From NCBI GenBank assembly GCA_038087875.1, contig CM075990.1, forward strand, positions 1,302,001 to 1,366,000: a stretch of 64,000 nt of DNA, given 5' to 3'. The translations under genes were made by a program, and so were the position numbers. The DNA is from Malacoraja senta. Taxonomy: Eukaryota. Shown piece after piece: positions 38,895-50,770 of the stretch. Each line of letters opens with the position of its first letter. The stretch's first letter is position 1. Under the pieces are notes generated by a model that made no database searches, had not been told where the DNA came from, and worked only from the letters and a program-made list of their open reading frames with translations.

Positions 38895-39409
38895 TAAATA
38901 TATTGACGTCTCCTTTTGTTTCCCCGCTAAAGTTGTGAGCTTGATAAATGCATCATACGCTGCACAACTCATAATGATGCCCATTCAACTCGCATACATT
39001 TGCTTGACCGCGTTGCCTAGTCACAATGCGTTCATGTCAGCGTTCATGTCAGCGTTCCTCAATCTGCAGAAATGATTCGTAAACCCATTAAACTGCAACG
39101 ACAAGCAGTGCATCCGCTTTTTCAATGGAAACCTGTTCAAGTACGCTTGAATGCAAACTGTTAATCCCTGGGTAATTTTGTCTGCTTTCGGTCTCATTAC
39201 TCACCCTAGCCCTATCAATGTTTTCTCCTTTAAAGCTATTTCCTTGCATAAACTTCATTAGACACCATAATAAATTAGACACCAACAATAAATAAGATTC
39301 ATTAGTGTACTCTTTCAGAAAAAATAACGAGGATTGTTATTCTATTAGTTTTCCCGTGTTGTAAATCAACACACAGAATTATCCAACTTGACTTGAACTG
39401 TACACCTAC

Positions 39410-39476
39410 CTGGAACTCCAGTGACGGCAACGATCAGATACAGAATTTTCTGTACACTTAGATACGTCTCCAGCAT
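39410..39476 (-). CDS. GPR139/142-like GPCR, coding exon 1 (MLETYLSVQKILYLIVAVTGVP)
   Basis: ATG plus 22 codons and 1 nt, then donor G|gtaggt. Phase 1 joins exon 2 to give GTG (GVPVNVV); 67+908=975 nt, i.e. 324 aa plus stop. Supplies the missing first half of TM1. Confidence 0.88.
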
Positions 39477-39556
39477 TTTCCAAATGGAACAAATGGCCCG
39501 TTTGTGCTGCAGCCAATCACTCCAAACGACACGTTGACGCCATTATTACCCACAAG

Positions 39557-39563
39557 TTTTATG
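39557..39563 (-). promoter_or_regulatory. Candidate TATA-like box (CATAAAA) of the minus-strand GPCR
   Basis: About 80 nt upstream of the ATG, within sequence that aligns to the paralog's promoter. Confidence 0.4.
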
Positions 39564-39934
39564 CCCTCTGAAATCTCCGCGGAGATTTTTGGATTGCGAC
39601 ACAGTTAAAAATAGCTATTTCGAAACAGTGGAAAAACATATGACGACAGTTGCGAGGAATTACCTTTGGGACAAAGCTATTTGGTTCAGAAATATCATTA
39701 AAATATTGCAATGTTGGCCAAATTGTGCTCCGAGAACATGAGTTCCACAATATTAGATCGCACTATTGGACACAAATTAGGAGCAGCAGTTTTCCAGCAA
39801 TGGGGAAATGTTCTGAAAAACACAATTGACCCTCTCTCCATCTCCATCTCCGGTTGGCTTCCTTCATCAGCTTTATTAATGGGTGCAATTTCAACTTTTC
39901 ATTAAAAAATGTGTCGACTGGGCTTGGTTGGGCT

Positions 39935-40230
39935 GGTTCGGGGAGTCCAGAACCCGCGGTCACTGTTCAAGAATAACGGTAAGCCATTTAGGACTGAGAG
40001 GTCAGAGAGCTGTGTATCTGTGGAATTCTCTGCCACAGAGGGCAGTGGAGGCCAATTCACTGGATGTCTTCAAGAGCGAGTTAGAGAGAGTTCTTAGGGC
40101 AAAGGGAATCAAGGGATATGGGGAGAAAGCAGGAATGGGGTACTGATTCTGGATGATCAGCCATGATCACATTGAATGGCGGTGGTGGGTCGAAGGGTCG
40201 AGTGGCCTACTCCTGCCCCTATTTTGTATT
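39935..40230 (+). mobile_element. CR1 3' fragment
   Basis: LWNSLPQRAVEA and the CR1 3' UTR. Confidence 0.85.
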
Positions 40231-40923
40231 TTTTTGTAACTACCAGTTGCTCTCCCGGAGTTTGTGGAGGCCATCTTGGCAGATGGGTCCGATGAGGCTT
40301 GTGGATTGACAGTTTATTCAATTCATCAGCCTAGATACCATATCATACTAACATGAATCTCCGCAGTACACTACTAGTCAGAGGTCGTCAATCGGAAAAC
40401 GGCAATCGACTGTTATATTCTGTCCCCCTTACACAGCAATTTATGAATGCAATTTGCCATGTCACCTTTCGACCGGTTTCCCACGTGGAAAGCTGAAAAA
40501 AGACATATTGACTTCAACTGCACTACAGTCATCGTAGCGTACAGTTACCTCTTCAATACGTCCAGTCAAAGTCGGGTACCATCACCGCTTAACAAGGCTT
40601 CTTCTTGTCCAGTCCACACACAAGGTTAGAAGATGTTCAGCTAGAGCTGAACACACTTGTTTGCATCTTCATACAATGGTGTCAGTCTTGCGCTTCTTGT
40701 GCTCCTTGTGTGTGGTGATTGAAAGATTGGTGAAAACAGGGCAGCGACGTGAACGCTCTTTCCTTCACCCCCTTAACAAGGCTATATTGGTTTACTCCCG
40801 AAAGTCCAAGAGCAGATCTATCCTGCCGTTGTGTTTTCAATAACGTCCGAACACCATGGTCTCACTCACAAGCCTGTAAATATAATACATATCCACACTG
40901 CTTCTCGAATAAAATCGATCATG

Positions 40924-41020
40924 TGTCTGAAGAAGGGTTTCGGCCCGAAACGTTGCCTATTTCCTTCGCTCCATAGATGCTGCCGCACCCGCTGAGTTTC
41001 TCCAGCAATTTTGTCTACCT
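40924..41020 (+). mobile_element. 97-bp Penelope-derived unit with hammerhead-like core
   Basis: Flanked by a 9-bp TSD (tcgatcatg); core at 40927-40954. Confidence 0.8.
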
Positions 41021-43960
41021 TCGATCATGGCTCTGTTCTACAATCATCCGAGACCTGTCCTGAGGCCTAAGAAGGGGTGGGGGAGGTAGTGAAGGGGGGG
41101 GGGGTGTCAGATGGAAGCCAAGTGTCGGCGGTGTCGGCGGTGTAGTCGGGTGTCCCGGCCTGTGCGCGGCAGGGGAGGTGGTGAAGGCCGGCAGCGGCGG
41201 ACTCATCCTATTAGCGCCCAGGTGAGGGTTGCCGCTGCAGCGGCTTCGGACCGGCAGGGAAGGTTGCGAAGGTCGGAGAGGAGGTGGAGGTTCGCGCTGC
41301 TTCTCTTGACGGCGATGGCTGTGGGTCTGGGCGTCGTGGCGGACTTGAAGCAAGGCGCGATCCGGCGGTGAAGGCTCCGGCCTGTGGGCGATCGGAAAGC
41401 GCGGCTGAGCCGAGGAGAGTCAGTCGAGGTCCATATCAGTTAACCTACAATAAACCGATTTATAAGACGTCGGTGCCTTGCGAAAGACACTCTTTCCTCT
41501 GGTGGGAAATAGTGCATTTATATACACGGTTAGATCGGGCGCTATTTTGAACGATTTCCTGGAAAAGCTTTATTGCAATTTTTTTAATTTGGCATTTACT
41601 GGTCGGTGGCAAATTTCGTTTTCTTCTAGGTTTCGCAGTGGGATATGTCAAAGGAGGTTTTCTTGATTGCTTGTCACAGACCGTTGCAAAATCAGAGAAT
41701 TGCACCCTGAGTGCAACTGTCAGATATCACAGTATTGCGTTCAACCTCGTCACCGACAGCGGTGGACCATCCGAATCATCTACGATAGTTCACAGGGGGT
41801 GTGGACCGTTGTAGAATCGCATTCAACATGTGTCACAAGCTGGACTGGATAGCCTGAATGAGTTACTGTTTTGCGTTACCTTGTTGTAAATAAAATGTAA
41901 CCAGCTGGAAAATATCACTTAACCCTGATTAGATGTAATATTAGAAGTGCCTATCGGTGCAGAATTAAATTGGGTTTTGATCATTTTTTGGAATGGATGA
42001 TTTACGACGGTATGTTGTGCAATACCGGAGCCTCTATCCATCTGGCTTTACTTATTTAGGCACAGACACAAAATAAAACAGCTCGTAGATCAGTGGTGAT
42101 TCTACCGAACAAGTCGTTTATTGAAGACCTTCGTGCGCCCCGCTAAACACTCTGAGAGAAACCAAAGTGCTTTAACGATTTACGGTTCCTACAACATTTT
42201 TATATTCTTATGACACAATGGTTACTTGTGGATGTGAAATAAGTCATCAGTGATCAATGTCTCTGTAAACTTTCATCTTTGTCTTTCCTCGAAGTTATCT
42301 CTATCCCTGATGCTTCATGTTATTTATTCCACTACTCTCCCCATTTGTACTAATGTCAGTATCCCTGTATGGAGAATTGATGGGGTCAGTGTATTAAAAA
42401 TGCTTTAAAGTTGTGCTGTGAAAGCTAAATACATTGATACATCTATTTATTACCTTCCTAAGATGTTCATCAGTTCATGATGGGAGCAGACCTAGGCCAT
42501 TCGGCCCATCCGTCATTCAATTATGGCTGACCTATCTTCCCCTCAACTCCCTAACAACATACGTTGACGATTTCCCCATCATGCTTCCCCAGTATGCGAG
42601 CTCTGGAGTTCAACAGACGATCACCTATTCACCTTCCATACCATTTCCAAACTACCGACAACAGATGACCAATGCACGTGTTTCACAATGATGACCGGTC
42701 ATTGGACAATGGTGCTTTGTGAAGGGCAAATATTGCATCGGATGGCTTGACCCGGTAGTCAGGTATGACCGGAATGTCAGGTATAGAAATCATTGTACTT
42801 GTTATGTGTTATAAATGGATGGATTGGAACAAGTATTGTCAGGTACTTGTATGCATTCAGTTTGGAACCAGCTGGAGTGTGTCATCTTATCTCTTGGAAA
42901 TATATTACACCGAGGATCTGTTACTGAAGAATTGTATTAGTTGTTTGTGGTTAGTTGCAAGTAATTACCAGGTGCAGTAAAGCGCTGCATTACTAGAATT
43001 TGCTCTGATAGTAGAATTGTATTCGTGACTGATGGACAGGCGTAAGTCATTTTCACAATAATCCGTGTATTACAGGGGTTCACCTCAATGTGGATCACTA
43101 AATGTGGCAGAGATTCTCCAAAAGTGGGCGTGTGTTACTGAGCGTTCCGCCTACTGTATAATTATACTCACTGGAGGTCACAAGCTGGAGTGCATTAGCT
43201 GTGTGGGGAGTGTCTATCACTGTAAAATTCGACGAGTCGGCTGTGACGGAAGCAGTACCTTCCCAGAATGGCCGTGAATTATTGGAACTGTCTATCACGG
43301 CGGAATTGATTCCCGAGAACACAGTCTCCTGATATTATTTCTAGCATGTGGGTCAAATATCACGGGTTACACTGCGGTTATTATAGGATGGTTGCACGTA
43401 AGGTCATAGGTCAAAGGGCATGACGCACGGAGTCGCTCAATCCTTCTGGAGTTCAAGGCAGCTTCCGGCATACACTAGTAACACACGAAACACGTACGTT
43501 CTTACCTGTTAAAAACAGCCAAATTTAACAGATTTTGCACTGTAAAAACATATGGTAACCGTGAGAGAAAACCGTCAAATTCTCTGTTGCTCACTGACTT
43601 GCGAAAGAGCAGCGTGCCGGCGAATTGAGGGCAAGTCATGGCCCACGACCGCCCGGGGCTGGAGTGTGGCTGAGCGGTCTGAACCCGAGCACCAAGGTCT
43701 AAGCGGCCGAACGAGCACATCCCTCGGGACAGCCCCCACTCTCCCCCCGGGTTCAGCGCTGTCCGACCACGACCGCTCTCCGCCCCGTCTCCCCCTGTGC
43801 GGCCGCACTGTGACCGGCTGTGGGTCGGCAGCGCCCACACACGGGACCGGGTGGAGCGAGGCCGCGGCTCCGGGCAGCGGATACATGGGGCCATAAATCC
43901 GGCAACGTTCCCGTCAACCGCAGCAGAATTGGGGACAGTCCCTCCGCCCACCCAGAGTCA

Positions 43961-44165
43961 CTGACCGCGCTGTACCGGCACCGGACCCCGAACCCTACAC
44001 CGAGGTGATTCACCCCCGCGACCCCCAGACTACACGGGGTGATTCCCCCCCGACTCCCGAACGCCGACCCACTCACGGGGTGATGCACCCCCCGACGCTG
44101 TACCGGCACCGGACCCCGACCCCTACACCGGGGTGATTCACTCCCGCGACCCCCACCACCACAGG
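43961..44165. repeat. GC-rich compound minisatellite
   Basis: Repeated ggtgattcacccccg(c)gacccc and cgctgtaccggcaccggacccc units. Confidence 0.7.
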
Positions 44166-44674
44166 GCGTGGCAACAGTACGGGTCACAGGTCGTGACCTC
44201 GACTGCCGTGCAACCTCCCTATAGAAATCAATACACGGTGGCTAAGCGAATTGGGCGGGCCAAAAAGCATGCTTCCGTGCCGTATCGCTCTCTGGCTGTA
44301 CAGGTATTGAAATGCTTGTTCTGTGTGCCATCAGTCAAGTCGTACCACACGCGGCACATTGGAACAGCACATGGAGGGCCGCCAGGTCCGCGCGCCATCG
44401 TTCAATTTGAAGTCTGTGAATGAGCGGTGCGATTTTTATCTTTCCCACATTAGCATCCGGTGTCTGCCGGCACTTGTTCGCGGCCATGGGGGCTGTCCAG
44501 GCCCTGCGCGATGCCGTCGGCTCCTTCCACTGCCGTTTCGTGCAGTTTCCGCAGGCTTACGTTCATCACAGAACTTTAGGGCAATTTCCGAGGGCGCGGG
44601 ATGGAGTTCACAGATCGTTCACAACCGCTGACTTTCCGCTTCATCTTCATCGCTGCTTGGATGCAACATCCATT

Positions 44675-44990
44675 TAGTTGTGTTTATTTTTGAGATGCAG
44701 TGCGGAAACAGGTCATTCGGGCCACCGAGTCCGCGCCGACCAGCGATCCCCGCACAGTAACACTATCCTACACACACCAGGGACAATTTATAAATGTTAC
44801 CAAGCCAATTCTACCTGGAAACCTGTAGATCTTTGGAGTGAGGGGAGGAAACCGCAGAGCCCAGAGAAAACCCACGGAGATCACGGAGCGAACGTACAAA
44901 CTCCGTACAGACAGCACACCGTAGTCAGGATCGAACCCGGGTATCTGGCGCTGTAAGGCAGCAGCACTACCGCCGAGTCACCGTGCCGCC
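44675..44990 (-). mobile_element. tRNA-derived SINE
   Basis: Family match. Confidence 0.85.
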
Positions 44991-46089
44991 ACATGGATTC
45001 GCCCGATTCAACAATAACAGAGGTTGATCAAACTAGAGAGTGTTCTCGGTTCAGCAGTTGCCCGCGGACCACGGCCACTGGCCGCGCCCATGCTTGCTGT
45101 TTATCCGGCCTTCCGCAGCCCAGGCTCAAAGCGACACCGATAATATTTTAGTGAATCTGTATGTTCACATGCAATTGGGGCAATAATATCGTTTATTAAC
45201 GTCACTGAGGTTTCTGTGTGCGATGCATAAAGAGTGTGTAGTGTGGGAGGATACTACATCGCCTCGCACTATCAGTTGTCCATATCCAGGACATGGCTTC
45301 GATCCTCATGTCCATGGCGATAAGGTTTGGATACCGATGAAGATGTACAATGGATTCCCTACCCACTCCGCTGTTTTTAGTGCACTGGGCACGTTACCAC
45401 GTTGCCACATCACGGAACAGTTCGCAGTACAACAGAGGAAGAGGCCATTTAGCCCACATCTCTGTGTCGAACATGACGGAAGCTTAAGGTAATCTCCTCT
45501 GCCTGCATGTGATACGTATCCCTACATTTGCTGCATACCCATATGTTCTACTAAAAGTCTCTTAAATTATTTTATTCTATCTACTTGCAGCACCACCCTG
45601 GCACTGCGATCCACCATCCTGGTCTGTGGAAATAAAACGCCCCCCCCCATCTCTTTTAACCTTAGTCCCTCTTCCTTACACCCATGCTGTCCAGTCGTTA
45701 ACCCTTCCTCCCTGGAATATGATTCTGACTATCTACCCTCTCCATTATTTTAAATACTTCTATGTAATTTCCCCTAAGCGTCCGACGCTCCGTAGAAAAT
45801 GTGCCCAATGGTCCTTATAACGAATACCCTCTATTCATGGTAACCTTCACGTGCACCCCCATCGGAGCACCCCCCCCCCATTCCTTTGTGTAATAAGGCG
45901 ACCAGACCTGCACACGGTATTCCAAATACTCAAGCATACCACACCATACGCCGCCTTTAACGCTCTATCGATATTGGTGCCAAGGGAGCAATTAACCTGG
46001 AGGCCACGATCCCTCTCCACATCACAATTGTTATGGTTTTTGTCATTAACTCCACAGTCTCCCCTTACTTTCGACCTCCCGAAGAACGA

Positions 46090-46332
46090 ATGGGCGCAGC
46101 TGTAGCACCAGTAACCCGGGTTCGATCGTGACTAAGAGTGTTCTCTGTCCGGGGAGTGTACCTTCCTTTTGTGATTGCGTGAGTTTTCTCAATACCTGCA
46201 GGTATGTACGGGAATTGGCTTTTATAAAGTGTAAATCGTCCCTAGTGTATAGGATAGTGCTAGTGTGCTGGGAGATTGCTAGACGATGCGGACTCGGTTG
46301 GTCGAAGGTCTGGTTTCCGCGCTGAATCTCTA
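46090..46332 (+). mobile_element. Diverged tRNA-derived SINE
   Basis: ccgggttcgatc head and body similarity. Confidence 0.7.
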
Positions 46333-47284
46333 ATTTCTCAAGTCTAGACAAAACCTCACACTTGGTCGAAATAAACGGCATCTTCCATTTCTGCGATCTT
46401 CTCTGTAGCTGACCATTATCCCGCTGTATATAAAGACGGTTTTCCCCGCTGTCCGCAATTCCACCAATATTACAGCCATACTAAACAAAAGCAACTAAAC
46501 ACACAACTACTTAAAATTTAACATAAGCATCCACCACAGCAGTTTCCCCACATTACTCCCTTTGATGGATGGCAATAAAGTCTAATTTTCTTCCTCTTTA
46601 TTCTCCCGCGGTCGGGACAGTCGAACCATACGCAGTCGGGGCGATCGAAGCTCACGCAGCATGCGATCAGTTGGGGCGATCGAAACTCCCGCGTCGGGGG
46701 GAGGGGGGGGGGGGTAGAAGCTCCTGCGGCTTCGAGCTTCCGAAGTCGGTCTCGATCCAGAGACCGCGAGTTCCACGATGTTAAAGTCCGCAGGCTCCCG
46801 CGGTTGGAGCTCCGAGGTCGATCCTCGACAGGGATCGCCCGCTCCACCACGATGGTAAGCTCTGCAGGCTCCCGCGGTTGGAGCTCCCGGAAGTCAGTCT
46901 CCAGGAGAGGCTGCCCGCTCCAGGATGTTAGGCCGCAGTGCGGACGGAGATACAATACGGGAAAAAAATCGCGTGTCCGTCCAGGTACGATGTTTTAAAA
47001 AAAATCCCCCAACTAACCACACCCCCCCTCCCCCACCCACCCGGTCACATAAAACAAGCTAAGGAACACTAAAACATACATTGAACACATACTAAACAAA
47101 CAACAAAGAAGGAAGGGACGGGAGAGACTGTTGGCGAGGCGGCCATTGCGGGTGCCACTCGGTGGTCACGGGATTCTTCACTACGCTCTTCAACTGCTCC
47201 CCGAACATGGACTAAATTAATATGTTGAGCAGCAGTTGTCATTTCTCTAATATAACCTATCTGCAAATATTATTTCACAATCAC

Positions 47285-47508
47285 TGTAGATTAACCTTTA
47301 TTAATACATGCCATTTATGATCTCCACTACACATATATTCATGCCACCCATTACATGGTATTACGGTAGTACACTAACAGGACAGCCAGCTGGCAGGGTG
47401 TATTCTGAGCTTCATGAGCATGGCTGTGCAGTTTAAATGCTCTGTATTTCTGAATGGAATATAGGCCTATGTTTAACAATGTATGTTGTAGTGTATCATT
47501 TACAAACA
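47285..47508 (+). repeat. Gypsy 5' LTR
   Basis: Direct repeat of 56621-56832 (tgtagattaacctttatt...catttacaaaca). Confidence 0.9.
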
Positions 47509-50500
47509 TGGGGTCAGATTCTTTGAACCACGTCTTCAACTCTTTTGTCTGAAATCATTTTAGTTTATTTTTTTACAACGGACCATCGCTCTGTTACTAT
47601 GGTCGGGTCATTTCGTAAACCCGATCCTCTGATATTCGACAGTGAACTTGTCGAACGTTGGCGCATCTTCGAGGTTGAATTCGGAATTTTCATTGATGCT
47701 GCCCACCCGGGAGCTGCTCCTCACACCGTTGCAACAATTCTCCATGACGGAGCGGACACCGAGTCTGGCCTGCGGGCACAGGACTTTTATTACACCCCAG
47801 AACTTACCGATGCGGTAATCCATGTTGTGACCCCGGCAGAGTCTCCGAAAGATCCGTGACCTGTGCCAACTTCGCACCAACGTTATCATGGCGCACCACA
47901 AATTATTTTCTCGTAGCCAACACATGGGCGAGATGGTCGAATCCTACATCGGCGCCATGAAGAGCATCGCTGCAAGATGCCACTTCCAGGACCGCGACGT
48001 ACTCATCTGCGGCAGACTTGTATATGGCATCCTGAATGACAAGGTGAGAAATGAACTATTCCAGGAAGAGGAGCTCACACTGGATAAGGCTGAACGTGCC
48101 GGCCGGGTTGCGGAGCTCAGTGACACGCATACCAAATCCCTGGGACTGGGACTGGGACCCCACTCTGCCTACGATGTCCATGCCTTCTATCGGTCCCCAC
48201 GACAACCACCAACAACCCGTCGACAACCACCAACAGCCCCAGGGAGGGTAACCGACGCATTGGTCCATAACTGTAGTCATTGCGGCGGCTCACACACAAT
48301 GCCTCGCTTTCGACAAAACTTGCCACGACTGCAAGAAGAAACCCCACTTCATTCGTTATTCAATCGCTCGCGGTAACAGGGTCCAGCCACAACAAACTCT
48401 CTACACGCTCGAGCCCACACTTTCCCATGAGGCACTGCCTGAAATATCGGCACCAGCAGAGCCAGAACCGCAACACCTGCAAGAAGACAGCCATAACATA
48501 CATTCTTTAACTGACCCACTGTGCAAACAATATAATCCCATAATAACGCTCAGTATCCACAATACCAAAGTTTCTGCAAAGATAGATACTGGGGCACGGT
48601 GTTATGTACTATCCTTATTGGACTTCCAAAGAATTCACAACAATGAAAACATCATGAAACCAAACTCCAAGTTACACCCAATTGGTGGGGGGAGGCGCAA
48701 TCAGATGGTGAAGTCGCACTACAATGCCACCTAGCGTTCTAAGTTTACAATCTGGATTGTTTCATTGTTAGAGGGGAAGTGCCCCTCCTCCTGTGCATCG
48801 GTGCATGCCATGATTTGGGCCTAGTCACCTTCGGCAACACTGTGTACCAACTATCCACCTCTCAAAGTCCCACCCAACAACTACTCGCACAACACAAAGA
48901 CCTATTTGACAACCAGCTGGGCAAGCTTCCCACATAATACATTGTAACCGACCCGGAGGTCACACCTGTCATTTGCTCTCCACACCGAATAGCGCACGCA
49001 ATGAAGGACCGTGTCAAAACTGAACTAGACAGAATGTATACACAGGGCATGATAACCCCCGTCAAAAAACCCTCCTCCTGGGTCCCCACCATGGTCGCAG
49101 CAACCAAGAAAAACAAAGAAGAAATAAGGATTTGCATCAACCCCAAAGACTTAAACACTGCCATCAAACGACCACACCAACCAATGCGGACGGTGGAAGA
49201 GGTCGTAGCCAACCTGGGTAAAGCCACAGTCTTCTCTGTCCTAGATGCAAATAACTCATTTTGGCAAATACCGCTAGACCATGCATCATCCATTCTAACC
49301 ACATTCACGACACCTTTCGGACGCTACCGATTCTTACGAATGCCATTTTGCATCCGCCCAGGGTGGTCATCCAACGTACTATGGACCAATTCTTTTCTGG
49401 CTATCCATGCAACATAATTGTGGACGACATCCTGATCGCTGGGCGCAAAGTCCAAGAACATGACTCAAACCTGAAACGGGTCCTGGATCGTGCCAGGGAG
49501 GTAAACCTCAAACTCAACCCCCTCAAGTGCAGGTTTCGAGTCGACGAAGTGACTTACGTGGGCCACGTATTCACCAACAACGGCACCAGGCCAGACCCAT
49601 CTAAATCCGTTGCCATCAATGAAATGCCAACACCCACGGACGTGACAGCACAACAGCGATTTCTAGGCATGGTTATCCACCTGGGAAAATTCATCCGAAA
49701 TCTCAGCGAGCTGTCAGCCCCGCTGCGACAACTGACCCACAAGGACACGCACTGGTCCTAGCACCAGCACCAACAGAGGGCATTTAACACCCTCAAACAA
49801 CTAATGTCTTGCGCCCTAACCCTCACATACTTCGATGTCGGGCTACCCGTCACCCTAACCCGTGATGCCTCCCAGTATGGAATGGGTGCCGCCTGCCGAC
49901 AACACGACGGGAAGGGTCCCAGACCGGTTGCCTCCCGTACCATAACCGACACTGAACAGCGCTATGCTCAAATCGAGATGGAGCTACTCACGGAAAATTT
50001 TGCCTGCAAGAAATTCAAGGACTTCATCTTTGGCAACCCGATCATGATTGAAACCGACCACCAGCCCCTGGTCAGTATCCTCAACAAACCAATCTACACG
50101 GCACCAACGCATTTACAAGGCATGATGATGGCACTACAGAGGTATGACATCAAACTAACCTACAAACGCAGTAAGGACATGTACTTAGCTGACACGCTCT
50201 CACAGGCACCTTGCCCAACCTGCGAAAAACACCTGTCAGATGTCGAGTACGAGTGGTATACGGTTAGGATGGTCTCTGCCTTCCATCCGCGGAATTAGAC
50301 ATCCTAGTGGCACAAACCGTTGCAGACGAAACGCTAGAATCGCTTGCCACTGCCATTCGTGGTGGCTGGCCAGACAAACAGCACCAACTGCCGCCCGTTC
50401 TACCCTGTCCACGATGAACTGGTCATTCAAGATGGCATTATAATAGTAAGATTAAACGAGAACTTACCAGTTTGAAGTTTGATCTTTATTTTATGAGGAG

Positions 50501-50656
50501 TTACGTTGGTGATTACGTGAAGAAGACCCGTCAGGGCGCATGCACGTCAATCTTCAAAGCAGCGGTATGAAATCACAGACAACTCATATTAAGATGAGGA
50601 ACATGAGAACTACCATTACGACCTTTTTTCTATGAGAGAGGGTAGGGCGTGGCGGG

Positions 50657-50770
50657 CACGTAATCACCAACGTAACTCCTCACAAAATAAAGATCGAACT
50701 TCAAACTGGTAAGTTCTCGTTTAATCTTACTATTTTACTTCGGAGTCACGTGAGTGACTACGTGAAGATT
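50657..50770. repeat. DIRS internal complementary region (ICR)
   Basis: Reverse complement of the left terminus joined through ATT (50732-50734) to the reverse complement of the right terminus. Confidence 0.93.
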
